A DNA stretch of 64,000 bases from an uncultured Mycoplasmatota bacterium (GTDB lineage Bacteria > Bacillota_I > Bacilli_A > RF39 > UBA660). The notes beneath the pieces are model-generated. The model made no database searches. It saw nothing but the letters and a program-made list of their open reading frames with translations, and was not told where the DNA came from. Position 1 is the stretch's first letter. Each line of letters begins with the position of its first letter. Location: NCBI GenBank assembly GCA_900545005.1, contig UQXO01000001.1:25602-89601 (forward strand), read 5' to 3'. The translations under genes were made by a program, and so were the position numbers. Shown here piece after piece: positions 19,628 to 28,270 of this stretch.

Positions 19628-21736
19628 CTATTTTTGATTAATTATTATCTTATTATCTTGATAGTCAACTTCTAATTTAGCATTAGGTTTAACAGTATTT
19701 TCGATTAATTGTTTAGCAAGGACAGTTTCTAGTTCTCTACTTACTAGACGCTTTAATGGTCTGGCACCATAGTACTCATCATAACCATTTTCAACAAAGT
19801 AATTTCTAGCCGCTGGAGTCAAAGTAATAGTAAGGTTTAAGTCTTTTAGACGAGTTTCTATTTCTTTGATTAATTTATCTAAAATACTAGATAATACTTC
19901 TTTAGTTAATTTATTAAACATTATTACTTCATCGATACGGTTAATAAATTCTGGTTTAAAGTACTTATGAAGTTCTTGTTCGACCTTTTCAGGTTCATTA
20001 TTTAAGATATATTCACTACCAACATTAGAAGTCATAATAATTATAGTATTTTTAAAGTCAACAGTACGACCATTAGAATCAGTTAATCTACCATCATCTA
20101 AAATTTGTAAAAGTAAGTTTAAGACATCAGGATGGGCTTTTTCGATTTCATCAAATAGAACAATACTATAAGGATTACGACGAACAGCCTCGGTTAATTG
20201 ACCGCCTTCTTCATACCCAACATAACCAGGAGCAGCACCAACTAGACGAGATACAGAATATTTTTCCATATATTCACTCATATCAATTCTTATCATATGT
20301 TTTTCATCATCAAACAACTCATAAGCAAGAGCTTTAGCTACTTCGGTTTTACCAACACCAGTTGGTCCTAGGAAAATAAAGGAACCAATAGGACGGTTAG
20401 GATCTTTAATACCACTACGACTACGAATGATAGCTTCACTTACTAGTCTTAAAGCTTCTTTTTGACCTTTAACTCTTTTACCTAAATTTTCTTCTAAGTG
20501 TAAAAGTTTTTCTTTTTCACTACTTATTAATTTGGCAATAGGAATATTAGTCCATTTACTAATGACATTTGCTATATCATCAGAGGTTACAACATCACTT
20601 AAAATACGAGATTTTTCTTTGCTATTTAGTTCTTCTAGTTCTTTTTCTAATCTTGGAATAGTACCATGACGAAGGCGTGCAGCTGTCTCTAAATCATAAC
20701 GATTTTCAGCCGTTTCTAAATCAAATCTAGCTTTAGATATTTCTTGTTTTTTATTCTTAATATTTTCATTAAGACTTTTTTCTTTCTCCCAGGCACTTCT
20801 TAAATCTTGTTCTTGAAGTTTTAAGTCATATAATTCTTTATCGATTTCATCCTTACGACGAAGTGATAATTCATCCTTTTCTTTCTTAATAGCTTCCCTT
20901 TCGATTTCTAGACGCATAATCTTTCTCGTAAGTTCATCTAAGTTAGTTGGAACACTATCCATTTGAACTCTAATAGTAGCACAAGCTTCATCTACTAAGT
21001 CCAAGGCTTTATCTGGTAAATAACGATCAGTTATATAACGGTTAGATAAAGTAGCCGCTGCCACTAAAGCTTTATCTTGAATGGTAACCCCATGATGGAT
21101 TTCAAATCTTTCCTTTAAACCTCTTAAAATAGTTATCGTATCTTCAAGTGTTGGTTCATGAACAATTATCTTTTGGAAACGACGTTCTAAGGCCCCATCT
21201 TTTTCAATATATTTACGATATTCATTTAAGGTAGTAGCACCAATAACATGAATCTCTCCACGTGCAAGCATTGGTTTTAAGATATTTCCTGTATCCATGG
21301 CGCCTTCAATCGCTCCCGTGCCGACAATCATATGAATTTCATCGATAAACATGATGATGTTGCCTTCACTTTTCTTAATTTCATCTAAGACTTTCTTTAA
21401 TCTCTCTTCGAATTCTCCACGATATTTAGCCCCTGCTATTAAAGAAGCCATGTTAAGTTCCCAAATAGTTTTATCTTTTAGGGTACTTGGTACATCGCCT
21501 TTAACGATTCTTTGCGCTAGTCCTTCGACAATAGCTGTTTTACCAACACCGGGTTCACCGATTAAGACAGGATTGTTCTTGGTTTTACGCGATAAGACTT
21601 TAGTTATACTTCTAATTTCTTCATCACGACCAATTACAGGGTCAACTTTTCTTTTCTTGACCTCTTCATTTATATTACGACCATATTTTTCTAATACGTT
21701 TTCATTTTCTTCTGGATTATTATTAAACATATACAT
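19628..21736 (-). CDS. clpB: chaperone ClpB, short form lacking the Clp_N domain
   Basis: two AAA modules ([16 protein letters not shown]), long coiled-coil M-domain; 702 aa. Confidence 0.9.
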   Translation of the reverse strand: MYMFNNNPEENENVLEKYGRNINEEVKKRKVDPVIGRDEEIRSITKVLSRKTKNNPVLIGEPGVGKTAIVEGLAQRIVKGDVPSTLKDKTIWELNMASLIAGAKYRGEFEERLKKVLDEIKKSEGNIIMFIDEIHMIVGTGAIEGAMDTGNILKPMLARGEIHVIGATTLNEYRKYIEKDGALERRFQKIIVHEPTLEDTITILRGLKERFEIHHGVTIQDKALVAAATLSNRYITDRYLPDKALDLVDEACATIRVQMDSVPTNLDELTRKIMRLEIEREAIKKEKDELSLRRKDEIDKELYDLKLQEQDLRSAWEKEKSLNENIKNKKQEISKARFDLETAENRYDLETAARLRHGTIPRLEKELEELNSKEKSRILSDVVTSDDIANVISKWTNIPIAKLISSEKEKLLHLEENLGKRVKGQKEALRLVSEAIIRSRSGIKDPNRPIGSFIFLGPTGVGKTEVAKALAYELFDDEKHMIRIDMSEYMEKYSVSRLVGAAPGYVGYEEGGQLTEAVRRNPYSIVLFDEIEKAHPDVLNLLLQILDDGRLTDSNGRTVDFKNTIIIMTSNVGSEYILNNEPEKVEQELHKYFKPEFINRIDEVIMFNKLTKEVLSSILDKLIKEIETRLKDLNLTITLTPAARNYFVENGYDEYYGARPLKRLVSRELETVLAKQLIENTVKPNAKLEVDYQDNKIIINQK

Positions 21737-21768
21737 TTCCCCTTTCGAGTACTAATTATACTCATTTA

Positions 21769-21795
21769 TTAGCACTTGTCAAGTATGAGTGCTAA
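21769..21795. promoter_or_regulatory. CIRCE (HrcA operator) overlapping clpB sigmaA-type promoter
   Basis: gene-strand TTAGCACTC-N9-AAGTGCTAA; TTGACA inside the spacer, TATAAT 16 nt downstream. Confidence 0.8.
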
Positions 21796-22038
21796 TTTTT
21801 TTATAAAAGAAAACATCTATGATGTTAGATTGATGTTGATAATCTTTCAAAAGTTGGATTTTCTTTAAGTTCAAAATTATTTAGAGTTTTCTTTCTGCTT
21901 TTATATACTTTTTCAATTCTTTTTAAATTTTGAATTCTAACTGTTCTTGCTTATTCATAACTTTTACCTCTTATTTGGTAGCATGTCTCTTAATATTAAA
22001 AAATTGTTAGACCTCAATTAATTAGGTCTAGCAATTCT

Positions 22039-22476
22039 TTATTTTACAACTTCAGCCTTAACTACTTCATTACGATTACATTTTACTGTAAAGGAATTTC
22101 CACATTCCGGACATTTAACCGTATGAGTTCCTTTTTTTAAAGGTAATTTTAGTACTTGATGACACTTTGGGCATCTTTTATATAAGGCTTTATTATAATT
22201 TCTAATTATATTCTTATATAACTTAAATTTCTTTTTAGGATAACTTATAATCTTTACATAGATAGCATTTTCTTTTCTTCTTTGTTTAACATTCTTAGAT
22301 ATTACTCTAAATATTAGAATAGTAATACTAAGGACTAAGGCTAAACTTAAATAAATATTATTAATAAAGATATCCATAATAGTCAAAATAACGATGACAA
22401 CTAAGTTGAAATTAAACAAGTCATCAAAGCCATTTCGACCAGGCATACTGCGATTAATTAAATCTTTATAAGACAC
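22039..22476 (-). CDS. membrane protein with C-terminal zinc-ribbon (CPKC...CPEC)
   Basis: 2 TM helices then CxxC-X17-CxxC. Confidence 0.4.
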   Translation of the reverse strand: MSYKDLINRSMPGRNGFDDLFNFNLVVIVILTIMDIFINNIYLSLALVLSITILIFRVISKNVKQRRKENAIYVKIISYPKKKFKLYKNIIRNYNKALYKRCPKCHQVLKLPLKKGTHTVKCPECGNSFTVKCNRNEVVKAEVVK

Positions 22477-22486
22477 GTATCCTCCT

Positions 22487-24379
22487 TTATTTAGCTAGAT
22501 ATTCACAAATCAAATTACTTATTTCCGTTGGATTTTCAATACTTAAACCTTCGATTAATCTTGCTTCAGCATATAAAATCTTTGTATAATTCTTTAATTC
22601 TTCTTTATCATTAGCATACAAGTCTTTGATTTTTTTAGCTATCTCATGTTTTTCATTAATCTCCAAAACTTTATTAGCAGTTACCCCATTATCAAATGGC
22701 ATATTTTTCATAGTCTTTTCCATTTCAACTGAGATATCGCCTTCACTTGACAAACATACAGGATGATTTTTCAATCTATTAGTAAATTTAATAGCTTTGA
22801 CATCTGGAATTGCTTCTTGCATGAAAGTAAACATTTCCTTAGACTCATTATTTTTGGCTTCCAATTCTTTCTTTTCTTCTTCAGTCTCTAAATTAGCATT
22901 TTCACTACAAACATTTTTAAATTCTTTTTCTTCATAACTTCTTAAAGTCATAAGAGCAAATTCATCAACATATTCAGTACAGTAAAGAATTTCATAACCT
23001 TTTTCTTTGGCAGCTTCAACTTGAGGTAATAGGTCAATTTTATCAACAGTTTCCCCACAAGCATAATAAATGTCTTTTTGATCTTCTTTCATACGACTAA
23101 CATATTCTTTTAAAGTTGTATATTTCTTATCATTAGATGAAATGAACATTACTAAGTCTTTAACCTTATCTTTATCCATTCCATAATTATTATATACAGC
23201 ATACTTTATCTGCATACCAAAAGCGGTATAGAACTTTTCATACTTAGCACGGTCTTCATCACGCATAGTCTCTAATTCTTTTTTAATTTTACTTTCAATC
23301 GAATTAGCAATAGTCTTTAAGATACGGTTTTGTTGCAAGGTTTCTCTAGAAATATTTAAGGATAAGTCTGGAGAATCAACAACGCCTTTTACAAAGCTAA
23401 AGTAGTCTGGTAGTAAATCAGCACATTTATCGGTTATTAAAACACCATTAGAATATAGTTGTAATCCTTTTTCATATTCCTTAGTATAGTAATCAAAAGG
23501 AGCATGAGATGGGATATAGACTAGAGAAGTATATTCGATTGTTCCTTCAGCTTTAGTATGAATATGAGCGATTGGTTCTTCATAATCAAAAAATTTATCA
23601 CTATAGAAAGTATTATATTCTTCAGCAGTTATTTTAGATTTATCTTTCTTCCAAATAGGAATTAATGAGTTTAAAGTAGTAAGTTCGGTATGTTCTTCAT
23701 ATTCATCTGGATCTTTTTCATCTTTTTTAGGTTTTAGATGTTTATGAGTTTCATACATAGTAATTGGATAAGTTATATAATCACTATATTTCTTAATTAA
23801 AGTTGAAATTTCATATTCTTCTAAGTATTTAGAATATTTCTCTTCATCGGTATCATCTTTTAGATGCAAAATAATATCAGTACCATAAGCATCTTTAGTA
23901 CATGGTTCAATCTCATAGCCATCTATACCACTAGAAGTCCATTTATTGGCGGCATCACTACCGTATTTTTTAGATATAACTTCTACTTTACTAGCAACCA
24001 TAAAAGCAGAGTAGAAACCAACCCCAAATTTACCAATAATATCAATATTTTCTTTATGTTCATTATTTTCTTTGAAGTCACTAGACCCACTCTTAGCAAT
24101 GGTACCTAGGTTATTCTCTAATTCTTCAGCAGTCATACCAATACCATTATCACTGATAGTTAAAGTTTTATTCTCTTTATCAGGGGTAATATGAATATTA
24201 AATTTAGAAGTATCTACTTTTATATCCTTATCAGTTAAAGACATATAGTGAAGTTTATCAATCGCATCACTAGCATTAGATATAATCTCTCTTAAAAATA
24301 TTTCTTTGTTTGTATAAATAGAATTAATCATTAAATCCATTAGTTTTTTAGATTCTGCTTTAAAAGCTTTTTTCTTCAT
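22487..24379 (-). CDS. htpG: molecular chaperone HtpG (Hsp90)
   Basis: GHKL ATPase N-terminus (EIFLRELISNASDAIDKL), 630 aa. Confidence 0.95.
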   Translation of the reverse strand: MKKKAFKAESKKLMDLMINSIYTNKEIFLREIISNASDAIDKLHYMSLTDKDIKVDTSKFNIHITPDKENKTLTISDNGIGMTAEELENNLGTIAKSGSSDFKENNEHKENIDIIGKFGVGFYSAFMVASKVEVISKKYGSDAANKWTSSGIDGYEIEPCTKDAYGTDIILHLKDDTDEEKYSKYLEEYEISTLIKKYSDYITYPITMYETHKHLKPKKDEKDPDEYEEHTELTTLNSLIPIWKKDKSKITAEEYNTFYSDKFFDYEEPIAHIHTKAEGTIEYTSLVYIPSHAPFDYYTKEYEKGLQLYSNGVLITDKCADLLPDYFSFVKGVVDSPDLSLNISRETLQQNRILKTIANSIESKIKKELETMRDEDRAKYEKFYTAFGMQIKYAVYNNYGMDKDKVKDLVMFISSNDKKYTTLKEYVSRMKEDQKDIYYACGETVDKIDLLPQVEAAKEKGYEILYCTEYVDEFALMTLRSYEEKEFKNVCSENANLETEEEKKELEAKNNESKEMFTFMQEAIPDVKAIKFTNRLKNHPVCLSSEGDISVEMEKTMKNMPFDNGVTANKVLEINEKHEIAKKIKDLYANDKEELKNYTKILYAEARLIEGLSIENPTEISNLICEYLAK

Positions 24380-24430
24380 AAATATTATCTCCTTTTATAT
24401 AAATACATTATTCAATGTCATCTTTTTGTT

Positions 24431-24457
24431 TTAGCAGTCATATTTCTTGAATGCTAA
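24431..24457. promoter_or_regulatory. degenerate second CIRCE-like palindrome between htpG promoter and start codon
   Basis: gene-strand TTAGCATTC-N9-GACTGCTAA (one mismatch per half-site). Confidence 0.4.
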
Positions 24458-24476
24458 ATAAAGTATAATTCTTTTT

Positions 24477-24504
24477 TTAGCACTTGTCAATTGGAGAGTG
24501 CTAA
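24477..24504. promoter_or_regulatory. CIRCE-like HrcA operator (10-nt spacer) overlapping htpG promoter
   Basis: gene-strand TTAGCACTC-N10-AAGTGCTAA; TTGACA inside, TATACT 17 nt downstream. Confidence 0.7.
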
Positions 24505-24590
24505 TTTTTTGATGAAAATTAGGCGAAGAAATTATGAAGTTTTGATGATTGAACATAAGATATAGTAGAAATAAAGTAACGAGGTGAATT

Positions 24591-24965
24591 ATGAGTGATA
24601 CATTTTTTCTATCTATCCTAACGGGATACGATACTCTTTTTAAAGCCTTATTAATATTCATTGTCTTAGACTATTTAAGTGGAATTATGCGAGCTATTTA
24701 TACCAAAAAATTAAGTAGTAAAATCGGAGCGAAAGGGATAATTAAGAAGATTGGTTATATTGTTTTAATTGTTGTGGTCGAAATTTTAGATATTTTGCTT
24801 AAAGACAACGGTTATTTAAGAAATATTATTATTTATATGTTTATTGCTAATGAAGGAATAAGTATTTTAGAAAACTGGAGTGCTATGGGTATTAAGGTTC
24901 CGTATATTATCAAGGATAAATTTAGTAATTTGAAGGGAGGTGATGATGATGAGCAAAATAAGTAA
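24591..24965 (+). CDS. holin, phage_holin_4_1 / TcdE-like family
   Basis: 3 TM; LDYLSGIMRAI, SSKIGAKGIIKK, FIANEGISILEN and GIKVPYIIK segments match TcdE-type holins; charged C-terminus. Confidence 0.7.
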   Translation: MSDTFFLSILTGYDTLFKALLIFIVLDYLSGIMRAIYTKKLSSKIGAKGIIKKIGYIVLIVVVEILDILLKDNGYLRNIIIYMFIANEGISILENWSAMGIKVPYIIKDKFSNLKGGDDDEQNK

Positions 24966-25494
24966 TCTAATCTTTCATAATAAAAAACATTATATAACTC
25001 AAAATTTTAGTGATAAGCACAAAGCTACTGACTATGGAACTTATCGAAAAAAGATTAACCAATATGCAATTGAAGATGGCTTTGTTACATGGACGGGACT
25101 TATCAGTGGTGGTAAAACTGTTAAAATTAAGTATCCCAGAATAAATAAAGAGTTTTTACACTTACATTTAGATAAAATCAAGGTTAAAAAAGGTCAAAAG
25201 GTTAATAAAAATACGGTTCTAGGAACAACGGGGATGACAGGAATGGCAACAGGTATTCATCTACATTTAAGAATAAAAGATTTAAGTACAAATAAAATAC
25301 TCAATCCTGAAGAATATTCATTAATCTATGAAAAGGATAACCATATTTATTATGTTGTTAAAAAAAGAGATAATTTAACTAAGATTGCTAGGAAATATAA
25401 AATGACATGGCAAGAACTTTATAACAAAAATAAAGAGATTATAGGTTCTAACCCAAATCTCATTCGTGTTGGTCAAAAGTTACTAATTAAATGA
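24946..25494 (+). CDS. M23 peptidase with C-terminal LysM (endolysin-like), no signal peptide
   Basis: M23 GIHLHL motif; LysM at C-terminus; GGGAGG RBS then ATGATGATG (track uses GTG 24940); overlaps holin 3' end. Confidence 0.7.
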   Translation: MMSKISNLIFHNKKHYITQNFSDKHKATDYGTYRKKINQYAIEDGFVTWTGLISGGKTVKIKYPRINKEFLHLHLDKIKVKKGQKVNKNTVLGTTGMTGMATGIHLHLRIKDLSTNKILNPEEYSLIYEKDNHIYYVVKKRDNLTKIARKYKMTWQELYNKNKEIIGSNPNLIRVGQKLLIK

Positions 25495-25520
25495 CTCTTA
25501 TTACTTTTTATATAAGTCTC

Positions 25521-26282
25521 CTATTTTTTACTTTTAGTTTCCTTTTTTTCTTGTTTCTTAAATAGTTTGAACGTTTTCTTTTCTCTTGCTGATACTTGCT
25601 TTTTATATTTTTCTAAGTGTTCTTTAAGAGAAATATTTTGATTAAATGGTAAGACAAATGAATATTTCTCTTTTGCTTTTTCTTGATGTTCACGGATAGA
25701 TACTTTTAATTCTTCTAATTTAACCGGAATATCATTTTCTTTAGCATATTTCTTAATCTTATGGTATAAGTTAGTTGAATAAACATAGTCAATAACAATA
25801 ACGCCAAAGAAAACACCAAGAACAAAAGAAAAGGCTAGGTTATTAGAAAACCATTTTAGACCGTTAAGAATAGGTTTAGCAAGTAAGAAGTAATAAAGAG
25901 CGGCAATTCCAGTCCAGATAGCCGAAAATAATGGACAGATTATACCTTTGTAGTTTCCCCATTCATTGGAATAATCCCAAAGTTTTGGTCCTTTCCCATC
26001 TACAAATGACAAACCCCCAATAAATTCAATAAAGGTCATCGTAGCCCCCATTAGTAGAATAACAACAATTGGGTGAACATTTAAGTTGTGAAATATTAGG
26101 TAAATAGCGGTTAAAGCGGTTAGACCAAAACCATATATTGGTAGGTAAGGTCCAACTAAGAATCCAGGATTTACCCATTTTCCAGAAACAGCTCGTCTAA
26201 AAAACAATTCCATAATCCAACCACAAGTGCAGCCAATATAAAAAATAAACATAAAAGTTAAAAACCAATTCATTATAAACAC
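25521..26282 (-). CDS. polytopic membrane protein (putative ABC_trans_CmpB/DUF1113-like), Lys-rich C-tail
   Basis: GWIMELFFRR ... GPYLPIYGFG segments; paralog at 48976..49470. Confidence 0.3.
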   Translation of the reverse strand: MFIMNWFLTFMFIFYIGCTCGWIMELFFRRAVSGKWVNPGFLVGPYLPIYGFGLTALTAIYLIFHNLNVHPIVVILLMGATMTFIEFIGGLSFVDGKGPKLWDYSNEWGNYKGIICPLFSAIWTGIAALYYFLLAKPILNGLKWFSNNLAFSFVLGVFFGVIVIDYVYSTNLYHKIKKYAKENDIPVKLEELKVSIREHQEKAKEKYSFVLPFNQNISLKEHLEKYKKQVSAREKKTFKLFKKQEKKETKSKK

Positions 26283-26420
26283 TCCTTTAACTTATTTAAA
26301 GTAGAACTATTTGTTCTCCTTTTTCTTATCTTGATTTTAGCATAGATAGGTAAAAAAAGATAGTAATTAAAAGATAATGAGTTTTATTTTAAAGCATATA
26401 ATTTTATAGGTGATTTTTTT

Positions 26421-26843
26421 ATGTTAATAAATTATACGACGAAAGAACTAGATTTACTAGCTAGAATTATGCGAGCTGAGGCTTTAGCGGAGGGTAATCT
26501 TGGGATGTTGATGGTTGGTAATGTTGTTGTTAACCGAGCAATTGCCAATTGTCTAACTTTTAAAGATATTCGAACTATTACCGATGCTATTTATCAAAAA
26601 AATCAGTTTAGCGGAACGAAATCTAGTTTGTTCCAAGGAAGTGCGACGACTAAAGAGAAGGATTTAGCTAAAAGAGTTTTAAGGGGAGAATATTTCTATC
26701 CTGCGACTCATGCGTTATGGTTTTATGCTCCGAAAACTGGCGATTCTTGCAAAAATAAATGGTATGATCAGGCTCTATCAGGAAGATACAAGAACCATTG
26801 TTTTTATAAACCTGATAGAGGAGTATGTGTAGAGTTATATTAA
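26421..26843 (+). CDS. cell-wall hydrolase, SleB/CwlJ (Hydrolase_2) family, no signal peptide
   Basis: LLARIMRAEA...GMLMVGNVVVNRA signature. Confidence 0.7.
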   Translation: MLINYTTKELDLLARIMRAEALAEGNLGMLMVGNVVVNRAIANCLTFKDIRTITDAIYQKNQFSGTKSSLFQGSATTKEKDLAKRVLRGEYFYPATHALWFYAPKTGDSCKNKWYDQALSGRYKNHCFYKPDRGVCVELY

Positions 26844-26900
26844 TCTTTAAAGTCAGCAAGAATTAAACGTCTAAATAATTACTATTTAAACGTTTTTTAG

Positions 26901-28103
26901 TTAGTTAATATAAGGAATTATTAATTCTTGGCCAACAGAGAGATTAGATGTTTTTAAGTTATTACGATTAATCAATTCACTTACCGTGGTATTATATTTT
27001 TTGGCTATTGAATATAGAGTATCGCCAGATTTTACCGTATAAGTCTTTTCAATAGTGTTTTGCGTCGATCCAGGAATTTTTAAGGTTTGACCGATAGAGA
27101 GGTTATTAGAAGTTAGATTATTTAGAGTAGTTATAGCATTTACAGTGGTATTATATTTCTTTGCAATAGAATACAAAGTATCACCTTTCTTAACGGTATA
27201 AGTAGTAATATTAGTATTTTCTTTTGGGGTTTTCTTGATTAACAAGTTTTGACCAATGGACAAGTTATCAGATTTTAGGTTATTTAATTTTTTTAGTTCT
27301 GGGACTGTTAAATTATTTTTAGTGGCTATCGAATATAAGGTATCACCTTTCTTAACGCTGTAATATTCATTAGGTTGATCTACTTTAGTAGCGTTTATTT
27401 TTAACTTTTGACCTATTTGTAAAAGGTTAGAGGAAAGGTTATTTAATGATTTTAAGTTGGCAACAGTCGTATTAAATTTATTAGCAATACTCCATAAGGA
27501 ATCACCTTTTTCCACCGTATAATACTCATCAGTCTTAGGAGTATAAGGTACATCAATATATGAGGCAACTGCTTTGACAACAGCCTCGGCTAATTCTTCA
27601 TAATTATTTTTTAACTGAGATACATCATCACCGGTGGAATCTAGAAAGCCATACTCTACTAATAGAGCTTCAGTATTGGGAGTTTCTCTTATTATATAGT
27701 AATAGTCTTTAGAAGAATTACTAGGTAGACGGCGCTGGTAATATTTGCGCACGTTTTGACCTGTATTTTCAATTTCTTGGGTTATTTTTCGTGCTAAAGT
27801 ATCGTTATTACGCAGAGCATAAACGATTTCAAAACCATCACCACCACCGGCATTAATATGATTCGATAAAACGATAACATCTTTACCATCGCCATAAAAA
27901 CTTAAAACTTTATTAATCCTATCAGTTGGATTCAACGTTATATCTTCAGTTCTAGTCATTTGATTAGGGATACCTAATTCATCAAACCTTTGTTGCATAT
28001 ATTTAGAAATTTTCAACGTTAAATCTTTTTCAATAATCCCATTGCCGCTCGCACCACCATCTTCACCACCGTGTCCACTATCTATCACAATCTTTTTAGA
28101 CAT
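26901..28103 (-). CDS. N-acetylmuramoyl-L-alanine amidase (Amidase_3) with four C-terminal LysM repeats, no signal peptide
   Basis: IDSGHGGEDGGA Amidase_3 start; 4x YTVKKGDTLYSIAKKYNTTV...LSIGQ LysM; start set to ATG 28103 after AGGTGA RBS. Confidence 0.85.
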   Translation of the reverse strand: MSKKIVIDSGHGGEDGGASGNGIIEKDLTLKISKYMQQRFDELGIPNQMTRTEDITLNPTDRINKVLSFYGDGKDVIVLSNHINAGGGDGFEIVYALRNNDTLARKITQEIENTGQNVRKYYQRRLPSNSSKDYYYIIRETPNTEALLVEYGFLDSTGDDVSQLKNNYEELAEAVVKAVASYIDVPYTPKTDEYYTVEKGDSLWSIANKFNTTVANLKSLNNLSSNLLQIGQKLKINATKVDQPNEYYSVKKGDTLYSIATKNNLTVPELKKLNNLKSDNLSIGQNLLIKKTPKENTNITTYTVKKGDTLYSIAKKYNTTVNAITTLNNLTSNNLSIGQTLKIPGSTQNTIEKTYTVKSGDTLYSIAKKYNTTVSELINRNNLKTSNLSVGQELIIPYIN

Positions 28104-28270
28104 ATTTATCACCTAAAATATTGTATGTTCAAAAGATAAAAAAGCCATTATTTTTAGAAATATTATTTAAATTTTAACTTCCATAGATGCTCCATTTCCG
28201 TAAATATCATAACATGCTCTAGTATAAATCAATAATATATGGTAGGATATTTTTAGAATAGGAAGTATAT

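Noticed and set aside
24431-24661. 76-aa ORF on minus strand upstream of htpG
   Set aside because: Covers the htpG promoter/CIRCE region and is antisense to the holin gene start; no RBS; judged non-coding regulatory DNA
24591-28112. Intact prophage hypothesis for the holin/hydrolase cluster
   Set aside because: No integrase, repressor/Cro pair, terminase, portal, capsid, tail or att repeats in 20 kb either side; flanked by htpG and a helicase gene
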